From NCBI GenBank assembly GCA_002633005.1, contig NMRA01000104.1:866841-930840 (forward strand): a stretch of DNA of 64,000 nt, in the 5' to 3' direction. The notes below the pieces were generated by a model. It saw nothing but the letters and a program-made list of their open reading frames with translations, made no database searches and was not told the DNA's origin. The position numbers and the translations under genes are program-made. Below, one piece after another: positions 22,380-37,163 of this stretch. This stretch comes from Phoronis australis (taxonomy: Eukaryota; Animalia; Phoronida). Positions within the stretch are counted from its first letter, which is position 1. Each line of letters starts with the position of its first letter.

Positions 22380-23420
22380 GCTTAATTCTTTGTAAATAAT
22401 TATCTGGACCAAGTTACTCTCATGCTGGAAAGCGCCCAGATAAATTGAAAGGTTGCAAACCTCGAAAACCTGCTCTAACAATCTTTGATAAAGTGGTGAC
22501 ACTAATTCTAGTGTATGGTGCTGAGGTTTGGGGATTTCAGCAGTACAGCGCCATAGAAAGTATACAAATTATATTCTGTAAATACATATTGAGAGTTGAC
22601 TCAAAAACAACCAACGCCGCTGTGATGGGTGAACTGGGCCGATATCCTTTGTATGCCGAGTACTTTACAAGATGCGTAAAATACTGGTTACGATTGCAAG
22701 AAATGCCAGTGTATAGATATCCCAGAAAATGCTATAACATTTTGAAGTCATTAGATGACAGTGGTAAAAAAGCTTTTGGGCCACTTGTATCAAAAATTCA
22801 CTACTGGGTTATAGTTTTGGCTTTGCTTCGTCACAACAAAATGTTGACGATGTCTGACGCCTTTTTGAAAATATTTACTCAGAGAGGTAAAGACTGCGCC
22901 TTCCAAGAATGGGATTATAAAATTAGAAATAGTAGTACTTTTTGCTGGGTTGCATAAGACCTTAAATGTTGCTCATATCTGAAACTTATAAACTGTCATG
23001 AGATTCGCAGGTACATAAGTAAAATACTTTGCTGTTCTCATGCTCTTGAAATCGAGATGACGCGAGGAAGAGTAGATAGAGAAATTTAATTTGTATGAAA
23101 TTGAAGACGAATTTCACTTCTAAACGACACGTTTTTTGTATGATCACTTTGAGGATCCAATTTATTCCACAATTGTCACAATGCGATACTACATCCTTTT
23201 AAAGTTACATGAATAACATTTCAAGTATCTTCTCGATTTATTTGCCAAAATTCACCAGGAAAGCTTTTCTCATAAGAGCTAGTGTCTAAATGCTTCAGCA
23301 TTCTGATTGTTATAAATTCCTCTATTGTTTTATACATCAGTGTGTCTGTATATGTACTTGGTGTGTACTGTGTGGTGTGTACTATGGGCCGATGACCTTT
23401 CATGTACAAAGAATAAAGCT
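22380..23420 (+). mobile_element. 5'-truncated, degenerate LINE (L2/Crack/Daphne-like), post-RT C-terminal region and 3' tail
   Basis: ORF 22445-22957 with IFDKVVTLILVYGAEVWG...FCKYILRV...NAAVMGELGRYPL...KYWLRL; downstream EDEFHF motif near 23103; frameshifts/stops; 3' AATAAA at 23412. Confidence 0.85.
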
Positions 23421-25499
23421 TGATACAATAAGAAAATTGAAATAATCCTTAACTCTCATAAAACCGGCCTCGTAACCTCCCTGAACGTTTTCTTGGGTCG
23501 CGCTGGTGGTTCCGGTGTTCTTGTTGGCAAAAGAACTAGAATCGTATCGCAGTAAAGGACATTGTGAGACTGATTTTAAGAGAGCACAAGGCGTAATTAG
23601 ATTTTCGTTTTTAGCTAGGCCGAAGCGTAGCTTTACAGTTTTCACAAAGGAGTATGTGTAGTTGTTGAAAAGACCAAAGCTGCTTCGCAGCAGACCGTCA
23701 GTTGTGACGTGTCCGCGCCATTTGGTCACCATCCATTCAATGATCAATATTGCACTGTAGGCTCATCAAGCGACTGTCTTGCTACTTTACTAATGAATGA
23801 CTGTTTTGTTTCCTTGGGTCACAGAAATTTTCACAATTGTTGCCAGTGGCGGATATCACAAGGGGGGGGCAACAATTTGTCTGTAAGCATTTGCGCAAAG
23901 CACGATTGTAGATACGCATAGCACCGAATGGGGAAGGTTGGGAGGGTTTTTTTTCTGTTTTTTCCTCTAAAAATCAAGCATTTTCCTTGATTTCTGAACT
24001 ATTATTCCAGAAAAAAATACAAGAAGAAAAAAAATGAACACGGTGAACGTGTCCAACAGGTGAATCTGCATTTCCACAGACTCGAACCCATAACCTGGTG
24101 GATTTACGACCACACCACCATGATTCAACTCTGTAATGGATTCAAAGAGACCTACTTGTTTATGGTCCACAGCGTTTGCGCCCGAAACCTACTTCTTTTT
24201 GTAATGCTTATTACACCTTTTAAATTTTGTGCGTAACAAATTTGTTGTATTTAAAATAGTCTTCAATTGCCCAAAAGACCAAATCCGTTTTTCGTATTTG
24301 CAATGACGCGATTGCTTTGGAAATCGTCTTAAGTTAAGGTTTGACAAAGAGAGAATTATGAGTTTCTGAGTGATACACTAAGGCTTCGATTAAAATTCAC
24401 ATCTTACCAGCAGCTTCTGTTTTTTCATCGTCACTCAGCTTCCATTTTCTTTAAAAAACGGAAGTAATTTTCTTCATTGCACAGGGGGCACTCGACGGAA
24501 ACGGAGTCGTAGTGTGAAGCGCCACTGCCGGTCGCCTTGGATATCGCGTCATAGTTCCGTTACATTGCGCCGTGTTCCGACTTTGACACTTGAAATTGGA
24601 TGTGAGCCCCCCAACACTAAAAGTGCACACATTTAAATCTTGTTTCATCCGTATAATTTTAATTACCGGGGTTGATTAATAAACTCAACATTTCCCTACG
24701 CTCTTGCTGTTTTATTTTTTTGCGGCAGCCAAGGGGGGGGGGGTGAGCCCCCTGCCCCCCCTCCTAAATCCGCCTATGCAAGAAGCGTGTGAATGTTTGC
24801 ATGTATACCACGAAAGTTCACTACAACGGCACATTACTGTGAGGGCTCACTCCTCGATGGAGTTCTCTGCTTGGTGAAGGCCGGCAGGGACGAGGTAGCC
24901 TACCAAGTATTGTTTCGACACGGCCGTGAGCGTGCTTCCGGTGCGGTAGAGTGAGGTTGAGTAGCAGCGCGGATAAACTTAAATGTCCCTGTGAAATGGT
25001 GCTATCGTGACATTGATTTGATGAACCTATTGTGGCTGACAATTCCTCAATATTCCTACTCCATATTGTTAATGCAAGTGCGTACTCATTTTCCATATTC
25101 ACGGGACATGCTTTGAGGCCCAATTTCGCATGAGCAGGAAACCCAACGTGTTTTAGTGCCGGGCGTCGTTTTAGTCAGGTACAACAGTTCGTCTAATAAC
25201 CGAAGCATCGTGTATTTTTGCATATAGAAATATAAAAACTATGCCAGAGAACCTCATGTTATTCATTTTCGGAGTAGTGAACCTTCGTAATACCTAGTGC
25301 TGGGTTGTTCCCGTGTGTGGGACCAACTCGATCACCCGGCCAATGGACATCTCGCACAGCTCCCACTGAAAGGTGAAATGAAGTGGAACAGTTTGTTGAA
25401 GCTGGATCCGACATACCTACGTCACATTGCTGAGTGTAAGTCTTTACTGTCGGTTTCTGCTTGCATCCCGTTTTGCATGCAAAATATTAGCAGAAGTGT

Positions 25500-25620
25500 T
25501 ATCGACTGTAAAGGAAGACCCAGACACCAAGTTGTACCTTTTTATTTATTTTCATTTGTTTTGTATTTTCCTGTATTTTCTGTACTCGTGTGAGCTAAAT
25601 AAATAAAGTAAAGTAAAGTA
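25500..25620 (+). mobile_element. Probable LINE/SINE 3' tail
   Basis: T-rich tract ending AATAAATAAA(GTAAA)n, the short-repeat tail typical of CR1/L2-group elements. Confidence 0.4.
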
Positions 25621-26283
25621 CATGGCACCCCAGATTATAAGTACCTGAAGTATGGCAGAAGGTCCCTCGCTTATAATATTTAATTACATAATGAATGGGC
25701 CAAGAAATTATGTGCACGTTCTAAAACATGTTCGCATAAAGTTTGAAAAACTAGTGTTGTTTGACATTCTGTTTAATTTGTTCGTAATTTAATTTTAGGC
25801 CTATCATCAATTATGTTTTGGAGAAGTTTTCTTTCCGTGCTTTTGGTGACGTCAGCCCCACTTGTCGTGCGCTGACAAACGTTTATCAACAAACACGTTG
25901 TTAAAGTACGTACACTTATAAACAGGTTTTGTAAACTAAACACACGCGCTCCACGTGGAAACGATGTATTTGATTGAAAACATTTGGTTGACATTACAAG
26001 CTTTAGTTTTCGTTTTTTAAGACTAATGAAGAAATTCCCGGTATCGTTTATCCTGTCCACACGAAAACGTTAATTCCATCGAAATTTTCCTATCGATTTT
26101 CCCAGCCACACGGATACCAATAGGCGTAACGTCCGCGTTTTCGAAATTGCGTTTTCAAAGTCCAGGCGAGTACAGTAAAAACGGGCCTTAAAAATCTTGT
26201 TTTCAGAGCTTTTACTAACATTTCTGTTTTTATTATCATTTTCATTTGATACTTTTGTACGTAAATGTATCTGTAAAGAAAAA

Positions 26284-26415
26284 GCGCGTGGACGATGTCA
26301 CAGTATTTACACAAAGTATGATAACCGTGGCGCGTGTAAGAGGTCACTATATTTACACAAACGTGTGATAACCGTGGCGTGTGGACGAGGTCAGGTGACA
26401 GTATTTACACAAAAA
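26284..26415. repeat. Tandem repeat, ~46 bp x 2.5
   Basis: GCGCGTGGACGATGTCACAGTATTTACACAAAGTATGATAACCGTG recurring with substitutions. Confidence 0.7.
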
Positions 26416-29400
26416 TGTGTTTCCAATTACCAATTGTGAGCAACCTCATTTCATAAAATCTTTTGTGATCCCGAACCCCAAATGACCTTTTCTGACCAGA
26501 CGTTTCGTCTGAGACGTACTTTTGATGAATTGTCCTGTCTAGTCCGTGCAACTATAAAACAGACATACTGTAACATACTACTGCTACAAACAGCAGTCAG
26601 ACCGCTTTCGTGTGTTTGAAAATGTTGATGCCCAAGGAAAAAGCCGACATTGACTGATGTAAGCGAAAGAATCATCAGGCGGTTAGTTATACTAGATTCG
26701 GATGTAGAAAATGACAACTGAATTCTGTCGGAAGCTGATTGACAAATTTTGATTTGGCAATTTTGCTATGTAAGCCAACCAGCGTCACGTACTCACGGAA
26801 ACCTACCAATCATTAATGATGTTGCGTGAGAAAAAGCTAGACAACTAACTGAATAACTGAATCAGTTATTCACAAATTTTAGATTAACGTGTTCTTTTAT
26901 CAAGATATCACGATAACATAAAAATTACCGATAACATCATTTGAGCTGTATTACAATAGCTAACATATGACGCAAGAATAGACAGCCACGTTACCCGTCA
27001 CCTAAAAGCTGACCTCTGGCTGCTGACCCCGGAAATTTTAAGAATCCGATTTAACCGAGACACACCTAGTGACAAACGACAGAAAAAATTTTTGTCGCTC
27101 TGTCAACAAACTGGTTTTATCGAGACTGAGTTGCCTTGCTAATGAGTAATACTGGTTACCGCATTGAGAACTCTTGCTAAATACACAAACAGTGTTTTAT
27201 GTGGTGGGACTACGTGTATTAATCCCACTTATCGGCATATTTTGAAGGAGCGAGTAAGACGGAAACGGCTAAAGTTCAGGTTTATATTTCTCTTACGTAT
27301 GGTTCACATTTCAACAGCAAACATGAAATCAGCTCGTTAGAATAAAGCAAATTTAGCTTCAATTTACCGGCGCCAACCTTGCAAGAAACATATAATTCCA
27401 TATTATACCCCTAAGAACACCTTGAGAAACTAACGCTTTGCTTCCGTTTGGCATAAATAACAAGTCGTTGCAATGAGATCAAGTACCCAAGACAGAGAGA
27501 CCAATTCGTAGATCTATTTACTTATTTTTCTTAGCCATCAATTTATGACGAGAGTATATCTTCAAATAAAAAGGCTGCGATTAATAATTTGTTCAAAATT
27601 AACCACTTAAATTTTTAACGTTGGACCACATAGTTTGTTAACCCCTGTTTCATCCTTTTGCGAATATACAAGTTTCATTACATTTATTTTCCTATAGAAT
27701 CTGAACCTGGTCTTTGCTTGTCAGTGTAACAATTAATACGACCACGGTCTCATTTCATCATCTCGGAACCCGTTGACTCCGAAATATGTTTTAAAACGAT
27801 CAAAACAATTTCAGGACAAGCTCTTGACACATTCCTGTCAATATGACGCAAAGCAACAGACCTACAAACGCTAGTTAGACTCCACGGCAGCAATTCTGAG
27901 AAAGGAAGTGGGCACGACAGCTTCCTATTCAGTGAGCACCTTCAACAGTGCAGTTCAGCACGGTGGGTCTAACGACTTGATCACGCAGACTACTTATCAG
28001 TGAGGTTGCAGCCACATAAACCATTCGGTAAACACGAACATGAAACTGCTGTATATCACTATAAGTACAGAGGGCCTTTGTGGCGAACGCAGAAATGCAA
28101 ACTGCAATCTTTTGGTCAGGGCATGGTACCCCTGCCTCCCCACCGCCTTCTCCCACAAGGAATCCTAGACCCGTCTGTGCGAAACAATGGAAACTTCAAA
28201 TGGTTATATGGTTGTATTCTAGTGAAATAAATAGCGTTATTTATCTCATTGGTTGTATTGCTGTTTTCCGAGTCTAGATTCGGTCGTGCAATAAAAAGAA
28301 AGAGTCGTCTATTTGGGAGCGCAACGGCTGTCTGTTCCCACTACAATATCACATGTTTCATAGTATGTCATTTTTAATTCCTTATTTGTTCACATGTGAA
28401 TTCTGCATAGGTGGCAAAGTGAGAGGACACTAGAAGGCAAATCACTACTTAACGGCTTAAAGCAAGGGTCAAAAGTTCGATCAGACATAAATGGATTTAG
28501 GGGGGCCTTAGGGCCCAGGACCCTTACGTATACGACTGTTTTAGTGCCTACGCGGACATTTTTCCTTTGAAATTTGTGGTTGGGTTCCCTTACAACATCC
28601 TATGTCCGTCAGTGGTGAACTGTTTTAGACGGCAAGCCACACGTCCAATGAGAAAACTTCGGCTGTATGAATATCTTGTACGTGCTATCTGTTCATCTAT
28701 ACAGCAGCACCTTTGTCATCAGTTTCGGGGTTCTCAATCAGTGTTTCACCAAAACCTAACGTCTCATTACCTGTTACTACAATCAGCCCATCGATAAACC
28801 TACAGTTCTTTGTGTTTGCTGTATCCGACTCATACAACATTATAAGAGAAAAATTGTGAAATGTGTCGGTAGTTGTCACACTATGAAACTATTGTGTAAT
28901 ATTTTCTTTTTGTTGTTTTCACAGGCGTCGCAAACGGCTATCATGACAGTATTTTGTCTGGATATAAAACTGCATTGAATGTTGTGGTCCAATTATGACT
29001 GACTTAAAAAGAACAGAACCAAAACACATTGAAATGTTATTTTGTTTACCGGTTCTCATATAACGGGCTTTCATGAAAGATATCTCTGTAAGATTTTCAC
29101 TAGTTACTAGAAATAACACAAGTGATTTCATTTAGTGTACAGTCGACCACAAAATAACTCTATCCTTGTTTTTCATTCGCTCGAGACGTCTTAGATCAAC
29201 AATGGCATCATATTTGCTTTGATACAGAACAAAAAATGATGACTGTTTTTCTAATGGTAATCTTTCACTGAGTGTGCCAACTTTGGGCAGGTGAGGGTGT
29301 CCGTCACGCAAATTGAGGGATTACTATTTCAAAAGTCAATTGGTAGTTGGTGCTTATGAAATTTCATTATTTTTCAAGTAGGCCTAATATCGGAATCGAG

Positions 29401-29733
29401 TACAGTTATATTCAAACCCCAGTAGATCACAAGCAGGGGTTATTAACGAGACATTGTTTAGGAACAAAAATACCTCATCGAGTCAGACACGAGTATTTGA
29501 ATAGCATGCCACGCACCTGTTGCTTTTGTTGCGGATTTAGTGTCTTTTCAACAAATATTTACTCGTTAATAAGTTGTTTATCCAATTCCTCAACATTAAC
29601 AATCCAGCATCTTGGTCTCATTTCTCGACAGCCTTGAGCGGTCCTCCGATAGGACACGTGACTCATTCGCGCCCTCCGTATGTATTTAAGTTCGCTTGGG
29701 ATAGTCTATGACAGTTGTTCATTGTTGACGACC

Positions 29734-29939
29734 TATATAATGTGTCTTCTGTTACAATAGTTGTTGACCTCAGTGACACGCGCAGTCCTTGGATGAAAGT
29801 GGATTACCAAAGAATTACGTTATAAATTGTGATGTTCAGGACTTCATAGTGAAGCTTGCTAATCCTTCAATATATTATATTATAGATACTTTGTTTGGAT
29901 TAAACAGTGTTTAAGGAGAACTTCGTGAGTGAGGTGAGT
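29734..29939 (+). promoter_or_regulatory. Candidate distal promoter and non-coding first exon (innexin?)
   Basis: TATATAA 29734-29740; strong donor GAG|GTGAGT at 29934; no open coding frame. Confidence 0.35.
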
Positions 29940-30698
29940 GACGCGTACTTCAAGAAGTCCCATGTACCGAGCTCTGACAGTTTTGACTTTTAAGGAGAAC
30001 CGTACTCATGGCTGATGGCGATTCACGGCCCGGGTTTTACCATCGTTGTCTTTGTATTGTTCTGTGGTTCGAATTCAAGCCAACTGGGACAAAAGGGCAA
30101 CTACAGAACGTTTTCTCGAGCGCTGTGAATACGAAGTTGTACATGTGTTAGCCTAGTATTTTGGCCTAACTTATTGAACTTACAGGACTTGTGTTATATG
30201 CCAGATAACTCGGTATATGGGCCTTCAATGATAATATTTAAACTGTGTGATCATATTGTTAACATTAATTCATAATAGCCAGACATTCCCGGATCGAATA
30301 TCGAAGAGGAGCACAGCCGAACACAGATTTCGGACAAACGGTCGAGCACGCGTAACGCGCAATTTTAATACTTTTAGTACTGAGGTCTAAGCTTACTTGC
30401 ACGTTGCAACTCATAGGCCTACTTCTTCTCAAAGTCGTCAACTCTAAAATTTGTGCCTGATATAAGCCTCGCCATTATTAGCCGCTTGACTGAGCTCAGT
30501 TTGACACTTGAGCATCTGTCCAACACATGCCGAAGTGCGAGTCATTTGAAAACTTGGGGAGTTATCAAAGCCATGTCATTTCTACACTGGATCTAGGCTT
30601 ACTACACTATGGTTTTGACTGGCTCGTGCGTCAGGGTCACCTACATACCACACGCTTGGTTTAGTTGGTTCTATTTGAAACGAGGTCATTTTTAAATA

Positions 30699-30909
30699 CA
30701 TGGGCCGCGTAAAGGGCAAAACTAGTTAATAGAAAAATCAAACCTAATTCGTAAAAATCAAACCTAATTCGTGAAAAACAATCGTGTTTGGAAATCAAAC
30801 CTAGCTCCTAAAAATCAATCCTGTCAGTGTAGCTAAGTGCGCTGAAAGGGTAAAATTGGGAATAAGGCTTGATTTTTTATTCCCATTTTTTCCTTTCTGC
30901 GGCCCATAG
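30699..30909. mobile_element. MITE with TA flanks and internal 20-bp tandem repeats
   Basis: TIR ATGGGCCGC..AAAGG / CCTTT..GCGGCCCAT; internal AAAAATCAAACCTAATTCGT x4-5. Confidence 0.65.
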
Positions 30910-33900
30910 TATATCACAGAGTAAATTTCACTAAACTCACAAGAGAAATTAGCATGGACATCACTGTACTTCTGGAATGGTTAAGGGAAGCAAAAGCTAG
31001 AAAATTTGAATTATAATAGGATCCCCTTTTAGAACAAATATTTCTAAAAAAGGTTTCACCATAGAAATTCGAGTGGGTTCCTTTTCTAACTACACATATC
31101 TATATGAAGGTTATCCAGTGTTTTAGAAACTTGCTATCAGTTTTGTCCTCATTTTTGGACAAAGATGTCATCTCCTACTTTACTGTTTCTGGCTTTTTGG
31201 ATTTAAATTTCACCAGTCCAAGAATCGTTACGAAAAATCCGGTGTTTCTAGAACAAATCCTTAAATCCTTTGAACGTTAACCTTTTCTTAAAAGCTCACT
31301 GCATGTGGACGCCTTTTTCAAATCCTCACTCTAAATGTGTGAGAATCCTAATTTTCCAACTGCACGCCCCGTCAAAAATATAATGCCTACTGTAATTGTC
31401 AGAGTCTGGGATCCAATCTGTACTCAGAATAGAACTCGAAATTACTTTAAAAATCTTCCGTTCTACGCCAACCTCACCTGACCCACCAACCACTCCATGG
31501 CCTGTGTAAACTCCCAACATAGACCTCTAGCTAAAAGAGTTCTATGCTACCAAGCACACCCGCCAGATACACTAATTTTCAATCAAGTTATTTTGCGAGA
31601 TTTTGCTTTTCTCTTTGGAAACTTGGAGCACTTAGCTCATTGTTCTGCGGACCGCCCTCAAGCCCCTGTTGACTTGGTCGTTATTTCCTTTAACAATAAC
31701 AGACGCCACGAATTACGTAACCCTACCAATGATACACGGGACAGAAGCATTGGCTGTGCTCAAATTATCTATCTGTGAGCTCTACGCCAATGTTTATCAT
31801 GTAATACTTGTAGAAACGGAATGCTCGAATAGTTGAAATTATAATAGTGAAGAATGGAAAGAATACGCTGGGAGTTACGCATCCTACCTAAACTGAATGT
31901 GTGATATATCGTCGCCTAGGAACGGAAGATTCTCAAGATACCGTCTTCATATAACTTGCATCTGAATCATGGCCTATAGATACGATGTTTTCAGTTCAAA
32001 TACGATAGTTACTATCCCACACTGTACCAGTGAAGAAAAACCAAAACAGCACCACTGTACTATTCTGGATTTTTTTCGCGACAGCGGTCGTCTGTCACTC
32101 ACCAACAGTTACAGTAAAATTAACAGTCGTTATTTACAACGTAGTTTTGACATTCCTTTTTAGTTCCCATCCCGTGGGTCAAAAGTTAAATTCTGCAGCC
32201 TTTCCGCTTAAAAAACACGTACTCTTGTACTAGTCAAAGTCTATAGTTTTTAGATATTAGGCTAAACACCCGGACTAGTCAGCAAGGCCCTACATCTAAA
32301 TCTTAGAAACCACCAGCTTGTGGATGTTAGGTCGCTTAACTCCCAGCCCTCGGTGCCGTTTGGCGAATGTTCAGACTTCAGTGCAAAAGTCTGGCGTTTT
32401 ACGAGAGTTTCAACAGGTGTCCAGTTAGTTAACTTGCATTGAGGTTGTCCAAACCAACAGTTTGCCAGCTCGCGTGACTACTTGAGTGGTGTTTGTGATT
32501 GTTTTAGCTTTCCATTGAACCTAAACGATCCAATTACCAGTTGGGACGTGTCAAAGAAATACCAACCTGTAGTCAGTTTTGTCGGTGAAATCCCGGCGTA
32601 AAAAATATACGGATCTAGAACAGTTTACTGAACCGCGATTTTCTCGATTCGTTCTATAAGTCATTCGGTTAAAAATCTTAATGGTGAGCTATTTGTTTTT
32701 ACTGCCAAATTTTGTGATAACCATCGTTAGCTTCCAAATAACTTGTCGCTGAATGTGTTCATGTATTAGTCGTCATATTACATAACTTTCACTTGTTGAT
32801 TACTTCTACTTTCTCAAAGAGGGTGGTTAGTTATTTTTCCTGTTTCTGGAACAGTATGTGAGCGTCATGATTCCTTGTTGAACTTCCGTGAGCTGCGTTA
32901 CATGCCACGGTATATGGAACTCCAATAATACTATTTAATCTTTGTTAATATTAATTCACAATAGCTAGACATTGCCGGATCGAATATGAAAGAGGAGCAC
33001 AGTGGAACACAGATTTCCCACAAAAAAACGGTGTAATTTGATTGGTTGGGGTATAGCCTTTTTATTCCTTTCCCAGTTCTTTCCTTGGCAGTCCGTTTCG
33101 GTATTTACAGTCTGCGTCATGATCTATGTTCTGCTTGTACATGTAACTCTTCTGTTATTACAATAGAACTAGTTGAGTCGTTTGTATACTTCTCTACAAA
33201 CCACCTTACAAACGATATTTTCCCCTTCACTACCTGGCGCGTCAACTACGCTTTCATATCTTTTGATTCTGGCTTCGAAACTTATCGGGAAATGCAAATT
33301 CACACTCCAATTTTTATTCTCATTGATCATTTAAGTGGCTTAATCAGTGAAATCACCGGCCTTCATTCCAGTGAAAATTTGCGATTAGTCAAGAAATCAC
33401 AAAACCTCATCGGATTTTAAAACAGTCCAACTAAAGCCCCGTACCAGTAGGCATATTAGTGATATTATAACGATATTGTTCCTTATAAAATTGAAAGGAC
33501 TTTATTAATGACGCACATTCATGTTAAGAGGCTAGCCTCAGGATACCCTTGTTGATATTTTTTGATTTTTGTTGATTGTAATTTTAATAATCGGTCAAGG
33601 ACAGTGTTTGTGTTCCAATGTTCAATTGGAGTCGGACGTCCTACACTTATGTACTCGTCTCTCCCACTGTCATCACGATGTTGGGCGTAAAACTTAAAAA
33701 TAGATGTTGACCGGGTCCGTATCTTACGGAGGCCGTCAACCGTGAAATAACAATTTGTGGCAGCATGCACGCGTCAATGCACCGGCGGTCGTTTTGACCT
33801 ACTGACGCAACCGTCCGATGTGTGAAGAATAAAACATGTGTACTCATGACATATAGTTCATCTACTACTTAGAAAGTTAGTCAAATGGCGAGTCACTTGT

Positions 33901-35141
33901 GTGATCAAATTTACCAGTTCGGAAACCAATTCTTTGCAATTTATGAATGAAATGTAGCCCGCAAGCCCCTGGAGGTGTAGCAGTGGTTGACCAATTAAAC
34001 ACTCGATGATAGTCCATGGTAGGATTTACTGAATATTTGAACTTAATTATTAGAAACGTAAGTGCACGGCTTGTTGAGAAACTGTATACACTTTGTAGGA
34101 AATCCCTAACAATTTTGACGATTTGATCTGCTATGTGTTTCAAAAATGTACTCAAATTTCAGTGCAACGTCGGGAGTTCAAATTCAGTTAACTTGGATCA
34201 AGCTCTGCCGGCTAAACCTTCTGTATGGTTACATCTTGCTAATGGTGTAGGTGCGTGAACCGTCTTGACCACCAGAGCTGTGTATGCAGGGTACTGCCAA
34301 ACAAACGGCTCAGTTTTGAGAACAAATAAGGTCGTGCAATACTAGTAGTAGCTCAAAAGAGTGAAGACAGAACAAGGACAATTAATTTTCTTCTCAATTC
34401 AACCAAAAATGTAGTTTTTATTTTGGATTAACACTGAGTCCCATTTTGGCCCCCTCATTATGAAAGTTATTAAGTAATCTTGTTCCTAAGTCAATAAAAA
34501 TCCAGTTTATGCCATTTGAAGTGCGAGTACATTTTTGGGACACCTGTACTTCTCGGAGATTTTTGTCTTGCGCAAATCACAGGGAACGACTAAGTGAACA
34601 ATCTGCAGTTCATGTTGTGACTAATTCTTGACTGTTGGTTCTTCCACCAAGAAGTAAGTTGGGCGTTTCCGGTAATATTCAACTCATCTCGCACGGTAGT
34701 CCAACACCTCATTCTATGCTTATTCTAAAGATGCCACTCTTGGAACCTGCTTCGTTTCTTCGTTTCTTTTTCTCACACAAACTTGGTGCTTACAACGCGC
34801 GTTTCTGTCTTTACTGTGCATCGCTCGCTCCGGCCATCTTCACGGAACCGCTGGTGGGGTCGCCGCCTCGATTTCAAATCACTGTGGCTGGAAACCATTG
34901 TTGGAAATCGGTAATATAGAATAAAATCACAAAAACCAACTGGTTTTGCTGTTTTATACCACTAATCAAAGCTAATCACTTGAAGTCAACCCTATTCAAA
35001 AACAACTCAACAAAAGTTTTTTCGGTCGTAAACCCAATTATGTCTTTTAAGCGACGCGCTCCGACGCCGAATGGACCATTATCATTGAGAGTTAATATAC
35101 AAACTTTGAACCTAATCGAAACTTTCACCAGTTGTATTTAA

Positions 35142-37163
35142 GGGGATACAGGGCAGTGTATTATCAAAATCTGCAAATGTTGATGGATTTCAATAAAAAT
35201 CAGCAGGGATGTTGTTTTTGATATGGCAATCACAAAAAAAATTATTTCGAGAAAAAAAATAGTTGGTTGCCATGGCAACGCCAAAAATTACGTAATATTG
35301 GTACATCTACGAGAAACGTTATAACTCATTAACCTGTTCACATATTTCTGATCTGTTTTCTCTGAATTATAATAAAAGTAAGGATCTACAAAACTACAGA
35401 AGGAAATTCAAAATTTCCTAACAGTAATTTTTTTATACGGTCTCGAAAATTGGAAAAAAATAATCGGGAATAATCAATTTTTCAGAAATCATAATTTTTT
35501 TTCAGTCGAGATTTTGAAAAAATGCTTCTGTAGTTTTGTAGATATACATGTAAAGATAGTGCATGCCAAATTTCATAAGTGTAGCTCAAACAGTTTTTTA
35601 TTTACAACATTTCTTAGCCCAAAAATTCACATTTTGAGAAACGCAAGAAAGAAAGTTAGCAAGGCAGTTTTCGTTAACATATCCTGTTATAGATGATATA
35701 AAACACAGTTTTCATGTCATTTTTAGCACAATTTAGTCAAAGTTCAATCTAGCACCATAGATTTTTTCTTTTTGGTCTTCCTGCTGTGTCAATTCGTTAT
35801 TTTTGGTAGCCAACCTAGTTCAACGATTTCTGCTGTCTCCATGGACTTGCTAGAACTAGTGACGTTTTTCACGAAATTTTGGCGATAACTCTCAATCCAC
35901 TTAACAGTGTTATAGCAACCATTTTCTGCCAAAACACATGAAGGCAATACATCATTGTCTTAGACAAGTCCGATTACAGTTCCAATACTGTAGCGACACA
36001 AGAAACTGGGGTTGCGGTGCCGAGTGCCAACGGCACCGCTATCAATTTCGGCGTTATGAGCAAAGTGTCATCAATTTACTTCAAACTGTGCAATTGAATA
36101 ATAATATAATCGAAAGTCAACCGAAGTGCACGTCAAGACTATTTCCTGTGAACGCCAGCATACTTCTCAGTTTTACTAAATGTCTAGGTTTCTGCAGTGC
36201 TCCCAGGCCATAACAAATTATGGTGTTATTCAACTGGAACAGCTTCAGGTCAACAGGTCAAGTAAACACTAGTCTCTGTATGTCCACTTCCTCACCACTC
36301 AACTGATAATTATCGTGAATATCAACATAAACATTTGTCAGTTTTCTCCTGGAACCAGAGTCTGGAACAATTCCCTCACAGTCAGACATAATATAGCTTG
36401 AACTATCCTCCGAAAATTACCATTCGTTATCACTAGAGACACTGGCCGAGTCATCGCACTCGTTGACCTGCGCCTTGGTGAACGTCGGAATTTTGTCTCT
36501 CGTGCTTTTGAAAGCTATTATTTCCTGCTCCCCTTTGCTAACCCAAAAGGTCGCTGCACCGCTCGTTCTGATTACCCCATTTTCAATCTGTGTTGCATCG
36601 AAGAAACAATAAAATTCCGATCAAAACAGTAAAATCTGATGTAAACAAGCCGTCAAAATGGCTGCCTGTTCTTCGTGGTTGCTAACAGGTTGCTAACGAC
36701 GGATATAAACGAAGGTGGTCACGTGTGCCAATTGACCAATCAGAATGCGCGTTGTACTCATTAGCTTCCGTAGTTGTTCGGCAGCCAATAAGAATGCATA
36801 AAGTAAGGCTTACAAACATATTTCTCAACCGAATATACACGGAAATATCCTTATACGAATGACAACGTCCGATAGAGGGCACAATTCCCTTCAAAACAAG
36901 CTATGACTCATTTCTGTCGGCCAAGACCTCGGGTCTGCAGGGCCACGTAAATTTTGGTAATTTTGAAGGACATATTGGCGAAGTGTTACTCAAATAAAGT
37001 GAGGTGCTTGACAATAAATGGATAATTTTCTGTTTTCCTCATGATTTGGAGTATTTGGCATAATAAAATCCTGAAAACTATACATTGAGGTGTTTAAAAA
37101 CGATGAAATCTGAAAATGTCCAAAAATCATCCATAGCACGATTTTGGACTGCCGTGTCTGACC
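35142..37163. mobile_element. Degenerate Kolobok-like DNA transposon
   Basis: TTAA on both sides (35138-35141, 37164-37167); imperfect TIRs GGGGATACAGGGCAGT vs GGTCAGACACGGCAGT; stop-riddled coding-like relic on the minus strand at ~35750-36580. Could be two adjacent fragments. Confidence 0.4.
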
